DNA from: a virus
Lineage: Duplodnaviria > Caudoviricetes
Virus record (IMG/VR): IMGVR_UViG_3300033463_000025
Location: 1 to 64,000 of that record
Reading direction: 5' to 3' (one strand)
Length of the DNA: 64,000 nucleotides
In this document: piece by piece, positions 48,173 to 57,106 of the stretch
How the letters are laid out: the number at the start of each line of letters is the position of its first letter
How positions within the stretch are numbered: position 1 is the stretch's first letter
Position numbers and translations under genes: made by a program
Notes under the pieces: generated by a model
Database searches by the model: none
Seen by the model: only the letters and a program-made list of their open reading frames with translations
What the model was told of the DNA's origin: nothing

Positions 48173-49519
48173 TTAAAAGTCTTCGTCCATTTTGTGTTGC
48201 ACAGCTTCGGTAATAGTGGTAGTTTCACCATCAAGGAAAAAGTCTAAATACTCATCTTCCTCATACATTCTTGCACCGATACGATTGATAATAACCTTAG
48301 CGTATGTGTTACCACATTCTGCTCCATCGTGGATTTGTAATGATTGAGGTTTATGACCCCATTTAATTGCAACAGATAATCTCTGTTCAATTTTGTAGCT
48401 GTCGGCAATATCGCCGCCTCGATTGAGCTGTGCCGCCGCAAGTACAGGTATTTTCAACTTACCAGCGACCTCGTTCTTTAAGAAGTCGCACTGTGCTCCG
48501 AGGATATTGTAGTTATTACCAGTATCTTTATCATTACTCTTAAAGTAATCATAGACGAGGAAATTCATACCGACCTTGTTTTTTAGCATTTTTGACATCG
48601 CATAAACTTCTTCCATTGTGATGCCTGGGCGGTATTCGTGGTACAATGGCTGTTTCTTTAGCCAGTCCTTCCACTTTATAATCTCTTGCTCTTGTTCTTT
48701 GGTGTAAGTACCGTTCTCAATAATCTTGATTGGAATACCTGTTAAGTGACCTAACAAACGGGAGAAGAATAAATCATCGTCCATTTCAGTGTCGATAACT
48801 AATACTTTCATACCGTTTATCAACTTATGTACAGCTTCATTCATCAAGAAGATTGATTTACCCTCTTTGGTTTTTGCCACAACAACATAGAGCTGAGAAT
48901 GTCGATATGTAAAATAGGAATTTAAAATATCAAACTTGGACGGAATACCAAAAGTGCCATCACCGTTACGCTGACTTAAAAGGTTATCCCAAAGTGTATC
49001 AACCTTTGAGCCTATTGTGGTGACATCACCTTCAACCAAAAAGCTCTGCGTAAGGTGGTCTAATCCATCGTTGACTTCAGTATTTAACACACCCAAGTCT
49101 TTTGACGTATCATAGCAATCTACCTGCAATTTCTGAGCAAACTTAACCAAATCACGCCTAAAAGCCAATGCCTTGATGTTCTTAGCATACATCTTGTATT
49201 CTTCGATAGAGCCTCGTGCGGCAGTCTGATAAAGCTCAACACACTCTTGAATGTCTGGCAGATTATATTTCTCCATCGTCCGATGAACGCCAGCGTTAGA
49301 ATGTATCTTGTTTGAAATATTGTAAGTATCAAGCTGGTCTATACCGTCTTTTTCGACAAGCTCTTTAATTGCCCAATAGAAACAAGCGTTTTCTTCGTTG
49401 TAAAAATACTTTGGTAATAAGTCCTCGCTGTATGCTAAATATTCGGGATGTAACAATAAAGTACCTATAACACTACTTTCTGATTGAATGTCGGAAAGCG
49501 TTTCATTTCGTTTTGCCAA
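48173..49519 (-). CDS. dnaB: Replicative DNA helicase
   Basis: AKTKEGKS Walker A, DTEM, YDY, AQLNR. Confidence 0.9.
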   Translation of the reverse strand: MAKRNETLSDIQSESSVIGTLLLHPEYLAYSEDLLPKYFYNEENACFYWAIKELVEKDGIDQLDTYNISNKIHSNAGVHRTMEKYNLPDIQECVELYQTAARGSIEEYKMYAKNIKALAFRRDLVKFAQKLQVDCYDTSKDLGVLNTEVNDGLDHLTQSFLVEGDVTTIGSKVDTLWDNLLSQRNGDGTFGIPSKFDILNSYFTYRHSQLYVVVAKTKEGKSIFLMNEAVHKLINGMKVLVIDTEMDDDLFFSRLLGHLTGIPIKIIENGTYTKEQEQEIIKWKDWLKKQPLYHEYRPGITMEEVYAMSKMLKNKVGMNFLVYDYFKSNDKDTGNNYNILGAQCDFLKNEVAGKLKIPVLAAAQLNRGGDIADSYKIEQRLSVAIKWGHKPQSLQIHDGAECGNTYAKVIINRIGARMYEEDEYLDFFLDGETTTITEAVQHKMDEDF

Positions 49520-49530
49520 ATTGTCACCCC

Positions 49531-49968
49531 CTAATCATCGAATATAGAATTGAATCCTTTTGGCTTGCTGTCTGGTGCTGTAAACGAAGGCTCTATACTT
49601 TGTTGTTTACGCATCTTTGAAAAGTCAATTTTCACCTTTGGCTTTTTCTTAGACTTTTCTTTTTCATACGCTTGTTTGATAAATGGCTTATCAAGAAAGT
49701 ATTTGAACCCTGCGGGATAATGCAAACTAAGACGGTTATCAATACAATATCTCAAAACGAATAAGATATAATCTGTATTAAACCCTCTGCTTATAGCATC
49801 ATTAAAGGCAAATTTAAGAAAGCCATACTCAACAGATTTGTTTATGCTGGCAATCCATAACTGCCGAAATTCATCAAATTCTTTTTGATATAAATACGGT
49901 TTAGATTTTTTCTTCTTACTCACCGTTATTACCCTCAAGAATATGTGAGGCTTCTGTGTCAGCTTCAT
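49531..49968 (-). CDS. Hypothetical replication-region protein
   Basis: ORF between the HD protein and the helicase; true start probably further downstream. Confidence 0.45.
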   Translation of the reverse strand: MKLTQKPHIFLRVITVSKKKKSKPYLYQKEFDEFRQLWIASINKSVEYGFLKFAFNDAISRGFNTDYILFVLRYCIDNRLSLHYPAGFKYFLDKPFIKQAYEKEKSKKKPKVKIDFSKMRKQQSIEPSFTAPDSKPKGFNSIFDD

Positions 49969-50509
49969 GCAAAGCTAATACAAGCGGATATTTTTCAATC
50001 GCCGCACTAAAGTCATTCCAATACTCTTTCGGCTCGGTATAACCCATATGCCAACGAATAGCGTACCGTTCTATAGGCTCAAGTTGCATAAACTGTTCAA
50101 TCATCATCACAGACTTTTCGCCGTGTCCGTATGGGAATTTATTGTCTATGGTGTAATACGGAACTTTAGTCCATACGTTATCAACCTTTGCATTACGATA
50201 ATCAATCTTATAAAAATACGTCTTGCAAATATCGTGAAGTAAGGCAACAATTATTAACGAACTTGTACTAATATCGGCTAATTCCGCTTTCCACATGGGA
50301 TTTTCTAACTTATCACATAAACAATTTAAAACATTCAAGCTGTGGATTAATAACCCACCCTCAAAGTTACCGTGATAACGTGTGCTTGCAGGAGCAGTAT
50401 AAAAGTCTGATTTACGAATAAACTCTAACAGTTCATCTTTGCCCTTGCGTTGGAATCGCTCAAACCAACCTTCAAACTCGTTAATCTTTTCTTGAATATT
50501 GATGTCCAT
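49916..50509 (-). CDS. HD-domain hydrolase
   Basis: APAS..YH...GGL..HS, LLHDICK, GHG, WHMG, HEAD. Confidence 0.85.
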   Translation of the reverse strand: MDINIQEKINEFEGWFERFQRKGKDELLEFIRKSDFYTAPASTRYHGNFEGGLLIHSLNVLNCLCDKLENPMWKAELADISTSSLIIVALLHDICKTYFYKIDYRNAKVDNVWTKVPYYTIDNKFPYGHGEKSVMMIEQFMQLEPIERYAIRWHMGYTEPKEYWNDFSAAIEKYPLVLALHEADTEASHILEGNNGE

Positions 50510-50518
50510 AATTGCTCC

Positions 50519-51046
50519 TTATTTATTCTCGGAAAGTTCAAAATCCCATATGGTAATAGAGGTTTTGACAGCCTGTTTTGATATAAACTTCTTTAACTTT
50601 TGCTGGTCACTTTCTGACATCAGCCCATCCTTTAAAAAGGCATAAATCTTTTGTCTGTCCTCGTCGGAAATATTTAAGCCTTTGATGAAGCTGGCAAATT
50701 CAGCTCTTGATTTGTGACTCGGAGCTAAACTGTCAACCCACTTTTCGCTTTTCTGTCTGCGTTCATTATCACAGTAAGTTGAAATATCGGGAGAAGAAGT
50801 AATCTTAATACTGCGGTACTTTCGATTTTGTCTATCTACTTCTGTCGGTAAACCAAGAGCTAATGCTTTTTCTCTTGCTTTATTTGCAAAAGTCACATAA
50901 CCGCTGTAAGCAATTTCGTAATTCTTTTCGCCTGTCTTACTATCGCTAACACGCTTATTAACACTTATTTGTCCGTAGCATTGTGTGTGGTTGGCGTTTT
51001 CTTGTACCGCCCAAACCTTAGCATAACAACCTTCTCTTAATCCCAT
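50519..51046 (-). CDS. Single-stranded DNA-binding protein-like
   Basis: YAKVWAV...IS...Y...F..KA OB-like pattern next to the SSAP. Confidence 0.5.
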   Translation of the reverse strand: MGLREGCYAKVWAVQENANHTQCYGQISVNKRVSDSKTGEKNYEIAYSGYVTFANKAREKALALGLPTEVDRQNRKYRSIKITSSPDISTYCDNERRQKSEKWVDSLAPSHKSRAEFASFIKGLNISDEDRQKIYAFLKDGLMSESDQQKLKKFISKQAVKTSITIWDFELSENK

Positions 51047-51053
51047 ATCAAAC

Positions 51054-51740
51054 TCACTTTCGGATAGCTGTTAATTTCTTCTTTAATCCAGCAAGAATAT
51101 CTATATCTTCAATATTCTTGTAATTGCCTGTAATATCTGACTCTTCCCAATCGGGATGTGCCGCTTTTTCAGCTTCAACACAAGCAGATTTTACCTTAGC
51201 CTGTGCTTCAGCACCTAACGCCGCCCTTTGTTTGGCGAGCTGTGCAATCTCGGTTTGGAGCTTGAGCAAGTTCTTGATTTCTTCGGGAACGTCCTCACCC
51301 TCGTAGATATACATACCAAGACCGTGCATAGCACACGCTTTTACAAGACATCTCTTTTCGGCTTTGTTGGCATCCACAGAAGTAATGTTATCAGCTTTGA
51401 TTGATTCATTCTTATAATTCATAATGGCGAGGACTTCACGCATCTCCACGCCCTTAATGGTTACACCAACTTCAACCCAGCCAGTTTTACTATCGTCATG
51501 CCAAAATCGTGTGTTACCAAACTCGTCCATTATCTGTGGATAAATGGTATATGTAGCATCGGGATATACTTTCTTAATTTCGCTCCACGCTGAAGCCCAA
51601 GAAAGATATTTGAGCTTTCCCTTTTCTTTAATCTTGCCATCGAGATTAATCTTACTAAGAGTTGAAAAAATGCTTTCATCAATAACGACTACAACATCAT
51701 CAGTTGAATCAACTTTAGTATTTCCTTTACTAACAGCCAT
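51054..51740 (-). CDS. Single-strand annealing protein (Sak/DUF1071, Rad52-like)
   Basis: YLSWASAW, KRCLVKA...GLG.YIY.GED. Confidence 0.85.
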   Translation of the reverse strand: MAVSKGNTKVDSTDDVVVVIDESIFSTLSKINLDGKIKEKGKLKYLSWASAWSEIKKVYPDATYTIYPQIMDEFGNTRFWHDDSKTGWVEVGVTIKGVEMREVLAIMNYKNESIKADNITSVDANKAEKRCLVKACAMHGLGMYIYEGEDVPEEIKNLLKLQTEIAQLAKQRAALGAEAQAKVKSACVEAEKAAHPDWEESDITGNYKNIEDIDILAGLKKKLTAIRK

Positions 51741-51788
51741 TCTATAACCTTCTTTCATTATTTTATTGAGTTATGTTATTAAATAAAG

Positions 51789-52100
51789 CTAAGAAGCAAC
51801 ACGACAAGCCTTCTCAAACATTCCTATAGCATCAGAATAAGCTACAGACGCATTACCAATTTGGCTAAATGCCTCTGATACTTCCTGAAGCGACATAGAC
51901 AACATTTGAAAAGGCTGTGTAATCCGCATCATCGTGATAAACGGAGGTGTATTACCATCACGACAACTGGTATATACTGCTTTATATGTATCGCCGTTTG
52001 AACTAATAACTTCGTCTAACTGCTTCTGTTGAGCTTTGTTAAAGTGGTTTTCATAAATCAGCTTATATCTATATGTATATTCACTCTTAGATAATTGCAT
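51789..52100 (-). CDS. Hypothetical protein, first gene of the replication operon
   Basis: GGAGG RBS; downstream of a consensus promoter. Confidence 0.5.
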   Translation of the reverse strand: MQLSKSEYTYRYKLIYENHFNKAQQKQLDEVISSNGDTYKAVYTSCRDGNTPPFITMMRITQPFQMLSMSLQEVSEAFSQIGNASVAYSDAIGMFEKACRVAS

Positions 52101-52135
52101 ATTAAGTCCTCCAATTCGTTTGTCTCAACAGTTAT

Positions 52136-52164
52136 ATTATAGCGTATTTTATAACATATGTCAA
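52136..52164 (-). promoter_or_regulatory. Consensus sigma-A promoter for the replication operon
   Basis: TTGACA-17 nt-TATAAT on the minus strand. Confidence 0.85.
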
Positions 52165-52209
52165 TAGTTATTTTTAATTATTTTATAACTTTTTTATATG
52201 ATTCGCCTT

Positions 52210-52422
52210 TTAATCAGAAACGACCTCCATTATTACACTAATAGTTAGCATAATAAGAAACGCCACAATAACAAGTCCTGCTGAAATCCAAATTGGTGAT
52301 ATAATCCAATACCATTCCCATTTGACAATATCAACAATTCGCATTATCAAAAACATAAAACTCATGGCTACAGGAACAGTACACAGACCGCCGCAACCAC
52401 AACCGTCATTATTATCGTACAT
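52210..52422 (-). CDS. Small membrane protein
   Basis: Two TMs with WEWYWIISPIWI. Confidence 0.6.
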   Translation of the reverse strand: MYDNNDGCGCGGLCTVPVAMSFMFLIMRIVDIVKWEWYWIISPIWISAGLVIVAFLIMLTISVIMEVVSD

Positions 52423-52433
52423 GGCTATTCTCC

Positions 52434-53219
52434 TTAGTATCTAACACGCCTACCACAAGTAGGACAATAATTCATTACTTTTTCTTTTCCTCTGTTTGTA
52501 TAGCACACATAATCTCTTGGTACTTGTTCGTCGCAATCTTCACAACCTTTGTGTTTGTCTGCAAACGACAACCTCAACTCATCGCTATCGTGAGATATAA
52601 TCTCATCAGCAATTCTCTTTCTGTTTTGATTGCAATATAAATTCACGAGTCTTAATGATAAATCGGCAGTATCTTTATCAACCAATAGATTAGCTTTTAT
52701 ATCGACCTTAAATTCTGACATACTATCCTCCCAACTACCAGCCAATACCATAACCCATAGTTAGTTTTGGCTCTACTGTAATTACATCATCATCTAAAAA
52801 AGACGTTTTTCTTTTGATTTGTCTTTCTTGTCTTTTACATACTTTATCGCAAGGTTTATCATAATAAGTACACAAGCCACACGGAGCATAATACTTACAT
52901 TGGTCTTTTATAAACACTAACAACACTTCCTTTTACAATGTCGTCCGAGAAAATCTTTTAAGAATATATCGTGGATTCCGTGAGAGATTAGAATATCCTC
53001 AAACATCGGCATATCACCTTTATCAGAATTGACAATATCCATCATTATAATCATCATCTTTTCTGTAGCCACAAATATATTCGGTAAAATCTCTTCCCCA
53101 TCGAACGCTAATTCAATTTCATCATTATTAGTAGTAACAAACAGATAAGCATTTTCAGAATTATTTTTGGCTTGATTCTTGATAATATCAACCCAAGCCT
53201 TATTTAATGTGTGTAACAT
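52434..53219 (-). other. Three small hypothetical ORFs (52434-52751, 52735-52926, 52917-53219)
   Basis: Tightly packed co-directional ORFs; the first ends in NYCPTCGR. Confidence 0.5.
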
Positions 53220-53242
53220 ATTAATACTCCAAATTCAATTTA

Positions 53243-54028
53243 TCACATATCAAAAAACCTTACGCCTTTATATTCAACTACAAACTTTTGTGATTCATGC
53301 CACGAACTTGTTGTGTACATTGAATTATACATAACCAATATTCTGTGCGGCACAGCCAACCCGCCTAAGTCAAAGATATAATCAATAGCGTCGTAGCAGT
53401 CTTGATTAGGAGCGTATATAAATGAGTAACGGTCATATTGATAATCGTGGTACACCGATTCAAGAGAAGTGCCAGTATATATAATAGCATCCCTTAGAGC
53501 TTGAGCTTGCAAACAGCAGGCAATATAACCTTCGTTTCCGAACTCACGCATTATAATGTTAGCCGCCAACTCACGCTCAGAATCCGATAGTCTTACCGCT
53601 TGTGGTGCATATGTAAAATCTGGGTCGTCAATGTCAAGCAGGTAAACGCCTGTATATCTTAGATTTATACCATCGGGATTGTTTTCGGGAGTATCATATA
53701 ATAGATATTCTGTGCTGTCCTCATCAAAGTCTGGCGAAGCCACCTCATATTCAAACGGTTTTGTTTCAGCTATTGCTTCTGTAGGTTTTTCGGTTGGGGC
53801 AGTCGTAGGATGAATTGTTGGCTTTACTGTTTCTGCGATTGTTGGAGCTGTTGTTGCTTTCACAGTTGGAGCTACCGTTTGGTCGGATATTATTTCTACA
53901 CCAATCGTCATCGGCTGTTCATATATTGATTCATCTTCCGTTTTTATTGTAGTAATACAAACAAAGCAAGAAATAAATAGAATCAATATAAGCACAAGAA
54001 AGACTATACTTATAATTCGTTTTTTCAT
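53243..54028 (-). CDS. Membrane-anchored cell-wall hydrolase (SleB-like)
   Basis: N-terminal TM, Thr/Pro linker, LAANIIMRE catalytic-Glu helix, WH...F...FF end. Confidence 0.6.
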   Translation of the reverse strand: MKKRIISIVFLVLILILFISCFVCITTIKTEDESIYEQPMTIGVEIISDQTVAPTVKATTAPTIAETVKPTIHPTTAPTEKPTEAIAETKPFEYEVASPDFDEDSTEYLLYDTPENNPDGINLRYTGVYLLDIDDPDFTYAPQAVRLSDSERELAANIIMREFGNEGYIACCLQAQALRDAIIYTGTSLESVYHDYQYDRYSFIYAPNQDCYDAIDYIFDLGGLAVPHRILVMYNSMYTTSSWHESQKFVVEYKGVRFFDM

Positions 54029-54510
54029 TATTCACCTCTCTTGCTTTGCCAACATATATATGGATAATCCTTTATGTCATCATATTCAAGGTCTTCCTGC
54101 CAAACGGAAATATTAGTTATTTCGTTTCCATCGTGAAAATACCCTTTGCCTTCATCAGGATAAAATATTTCATGTTCGCAGAAATAATCAACAGTCATTA
54201 CCTCATAATTATCATACTCCGCTTGTACTTGTTCGATAGGTTTAATCGGTTTCAATTCCTCAAACTCATAATTTGATGGGAGTATTGTTGCACAATTTGA
54301 CATACTGATTGTTTCTGTCTTTTTAGTACGAAGATTTGTAACATCAATATAACTTGAGTAAACACTGTTATGAGAAGACCTTGAGGTTAAGACTTTAACA
54401 TCAACTTGCAAAATTAAAATATCGCCAATTTGAATATCTTTAAAAGCCTTTGCATAACTCTTTCGCAAGATTTTTGTTATTTTAATTGTATTTTTAAGTC
54501 TTATTTTCAT
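54028..54510 (-). CDS. Hypothetical protein
   Basis: ORF in operon. Confidence 0.45.
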   Translation of the reverse strand: MKIRLKNTIKITKILRKSYAKAFKDIQIGDILILQVDVKVLTSRSSHNSVYSSYIDVTNLRTKKTETISMSNCATILPSNYEFEELKPIKPIEQVQAEYDNYEVMTVDYFCEHEIFYPDEGKGYFHDGNEITNISVWQEDLEYDDIKDYPYICWQSKRGE

Positions 54511-55090
54511 TTTTCCTCCAGGGCAACAAATCCCTTATACTAAACTTTTTCTTTGTATTATGTTCTCTATAATAATTGTCAATCAATTTCGCTATACGTT
54601 CTGGCGGCAACATATATTTTCTATTAATAATCTGAACGGTAGTTTCTTTATCAATATCCGTAAACTGCCCTTCGTCTGATAAACTCCTGCGACAAGCCTC
54701 ATCAATATTATCGCCACGCTCTAACATTTTGATAAGCCTTTCCCTACGAGGAACATTAATATAGAATGAATATATCGTATTCTTCGGAAGTAATTTTGAA
54801 ATCTGCCGAAAACCACTTGGATTGAAAACGCCAACAGTATTTTCTGTATAGTCAGCTCGTGCAGAGCCGTAATGCCATCCTCTATAGCAAGTGGTTTCAA
54901 GAAAGAAATTCTCGGACATCTTTTCTGAAAACTCTTGTTCGGAAATAAAGTGATAATCTACACCATCAACTTCATTTTCTCTTGGTGGTCTTGTCGTATA
55001 AGAAACGAGTCTGTCATAGCCAAAGTCTTTAGCTAAAACTTTTTCAACCGTTGACTTCCCACTTGCAGACTCGCCAATAATAACAATCAT
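54494..55090 (-). CDS. gmk: Guanylate kinase-like nucleotide kinase
   Basis: GESASGKST, SYTTRPPR..EVDGVDYHF, YG. Confidence 0.9.
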   Translation of the reverse strand: MIVIIGESASGKSTVEKVLAKDFGYDRLVSYTTRPPRENEVDGVDYHFISEQEFSEKMSENFFLETTCYRGWHYGSARADYTENTVGVFNPSGFRQISKLLPKNTIYSFYINVPRRERLIKMLERGDNIDEACRRSLSDEGQFTDIDKETTVQIINRKYMLPPERIAKLIDNYYREHNTKKKFSIRDLLPWRKNENKT

Positions 55091-55338
55091 TCAACCATCC
55101 CCTCAAACATAAAATCAATATTTCTTGCAGAGGATGTATATTCTGTAGAAGATACACAGCTTGTCCTCCAACTAACATCCCTTGCAAGCAACTTATTATT
55201 TTTGTACACATCCATCTGTGTACCAAAACGTTTCAGCCACTTCTTATTAATACGCCTTTTCTTATGACGGCGACGTTGAACAACGCAAAATTCCAAAACA
55301 GATAATTCGTCTGGTATTTCTATTTCAAAATCAGCCAT
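55087..55338 (-). CDS. Hypothetical basic protein
   Basis: RRHKKRRINKKWLKRFG. Confidence 0.5.
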   Translation of the reverse strand: MADFEIEIPDELSVLEFCVVQRRRHKKRRINKKWLKRFGTQMDVYKNNKLLARDVSWRTSCVSSTEYTSSARNIDFMFEGMVE

Positions 55339-56468
55339 TAGTGAGCCTCCAAATCAGCTTTATGAAGTATCATAATATCTTCATACATAGTTTTACCTAT
55401 GCGCTTCATATCACGAGTTTTTGATTTTTCACTCTGCGCCCACGATGTAAACGGCTTCATATGATAATAGATAAGATTGCAAATATAAAGACCGTCGTTC
55501 TTGTTTACGCCGAGGCTGGATAAATAAAACATAGCATCATAAGCCCCGACGTGATGGTGATTATAATAGTGATATTCGCCATCGTCTTTACCTTTGGCGT
55601 TTGTTCTCGATACAGTGAACGGCTTGCCAATATCATGCAAAAGCGCGGCAAGAGCAATCCTATCATATCTGTTGAGTTCACCAAGACCGCCATTAACAAT
55701 ACAGCCAGCGACTTTATCAACGTTTATCTTATCTTCTCTTACCTTTCCGTCATTATCTAAAATGTCAATTTTAACAGGATAATTAGACTTAACAAAGTCA
55801 TACGCCGCTTTACAGTGTTCGCCAAGAGAAAACTTGTGATGTGAATTATGTTGGTCAAATGAATCAAATCTTTCAAACAACGAAGACAAACTGTATTTAT
55901 TTGGAATTATTGAAGATTCGTTTTTGCCAACAATCTCAATTCGGTTAAAGCCTTCGGTGTACATCGGAGGACAATAACCTAACAAAACCTTGCGTAACTC
56001 TGTGGAATAAATTAACGATTCACTTAACGGAGAATTAACCAAAGCATCAAGATAATCTTCAGCAACAACAATACACATAGGAAAGCAGGTGATATTTGAT
56101 AACTCTTGAAGAAAACCAATACGAGCTGATTTCTTCATATGGTCGCCGTCATAAATAACGTGCTTTCCTTTACGTAACGCCATCTTAACTTCTTTCGGAT
56201 TTGAAAGAACAACAGTATTATCATCGTAAATGCTAAAATCATTTTCGTCATTAGTAAGCAGTTCATGTTCATAATAAAAATGAATTTGCTTAACAAACTC
56301 TGCTTTTGCAAGTGTCGGAAAACCAACAACCATACATACCGCAGGCGCACTATGCGTAGGTATGCCGTAATACACTTTATTCTTAGTTAAAACAAACATA
56401 AACAACCCCTCATCTTTTAAACGATGTGATATATTTATAAGCCTCGCGCCAATCATTAACTCTAACAA
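55338..56468 (-). CDS. Degenerate polynucleotide-kinase-like domain fused to an HD domain
   Basis: VGFPTLAKAE (eroded Walker A), P...EGF; H...LLHDIGKP...HH...HM...AD; start uncertain. Confidence 0.65.
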   Translation of the reverse strand: MLELMIGARLINISHRLKDEGLFMFVLTKNKVYYGIPTHSAPAVCMVVGFPTLAKAEFVKQIHFYYEHELLTNDENDFSIYDDNTVVLSNPKEVKMALRKGKHVIYDGDHMKKSARIGFLQELSNITCFPMCIVVAEDYLDALVNSPLSESLIYSTELRKVLLGYCPPMYTEGFNRIEIVGKNESSIIPNKYSLSSLFERFDSFDQHNSHHKFSLGEHCKAAYDFVKSNYPVKIDILDNDGKVREDKINVDKVAGCIVNGGLGELNRYDRIALAALLHDIGKPFTVSRTNAKGKDDGEYHYYNHHHVGAYDAMFYLSSLGVNKNDGLYICNLIYYHMKPFTSWAQSEKSKTRDMKRIGKTMYEDIMILHKADLEAH

Positions 56469-57012
56469 TATCGCTTTTGGTTACATCAAAATCTCTATTA
56501 TGTGACATATCCATCAATATCTTATGCTTTTGATTTCCCATAAGGTTATGTGGAGCATCATCAATAATAAAGTCAGTTGCAATCAAAGACTTATTCGCCG
56601 TAACAATAATGTGCGACCAATCAATAAACGGAAACAACCTTTTTATAACTCGCTCGAATTTTGGTTTAACATTCCTATAATCTGTCGCTGTACAAAAATA
56701 AATATCATACTCAAGATTAATAAGTTTTTGCAGGTACTCAACAGCCATAGGTTTAGGCGTTATCCTGTCCCAAAACCATTCAACAGTTAAAGGCGAAAAA
56801 ACCTGTTGACGAGTTAGTGTTGGAAAGAACGAAGGCACATCCCACTTATCAATATCATTACAATTAACATTTGTACCGTACATTTGATTCAGCCAGTCAA
56901 TCCAATGAGGAAGAAGATATGTAGCGGTATCATCAATATCTACCGCAATCGTACATCTACTCATTATCATCAGCCTCTTTATCTGTGTTGGACTTAGGTT
57001 CGATTTCATCAT
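56410..57012 (-). CDS. 5'(3')-deoxyribonucleotidase (HAD/NT5C)
   Basis: AVDIDDT, K, IIDDAPHN; true start probably 56964. Confidence 0.85.
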   Translation of the reverse strand: MMKSNLSPTQIKRLMIMSRCTIAVDIDDTATYLLPHWIDWLNQMYGTNVNCNDIDKWDVPSFFPTLTRQQVFSPLTVEWFWDRITPKPMAVEYLQKLINLEYDIYFCTATDYRNVKPKFERVIKRLFPFIDWSHIIVTANKSLIATDFIIDDAPHNLMGNQKHKILMDMSHNRDFDVTKSDIVRVNDWREAYKYITSFKR

Positions 57013-57091
57013 TCCTGCTATATGACAGAATTGCCATCATTGAAATGCCAATAAAGCCGCCAACTAATAAACCAATAAAAAATCCTAACAT
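56957..57091 (-). CDS. Small membrane protein (not in the ORF track)
   Basis: GGAG RBS; MLGFFIGLLVGGFIGISMMAIL. Confidence 0.5.
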   Translation of the reverse strand: MLGFFIGLLVGGFIGISMMAILSYSRNDEIEPKSNTDKEADDNE

Positions 57092-57106
57092 TTCTTTCTC
57101 CCTAAT

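Noticed and set aside
36440-49519. Inteins or introns in nrdD, thyA, dnaE or dnaB
   Set aside because: The ORFs are continuous and no splicing motifs were seen
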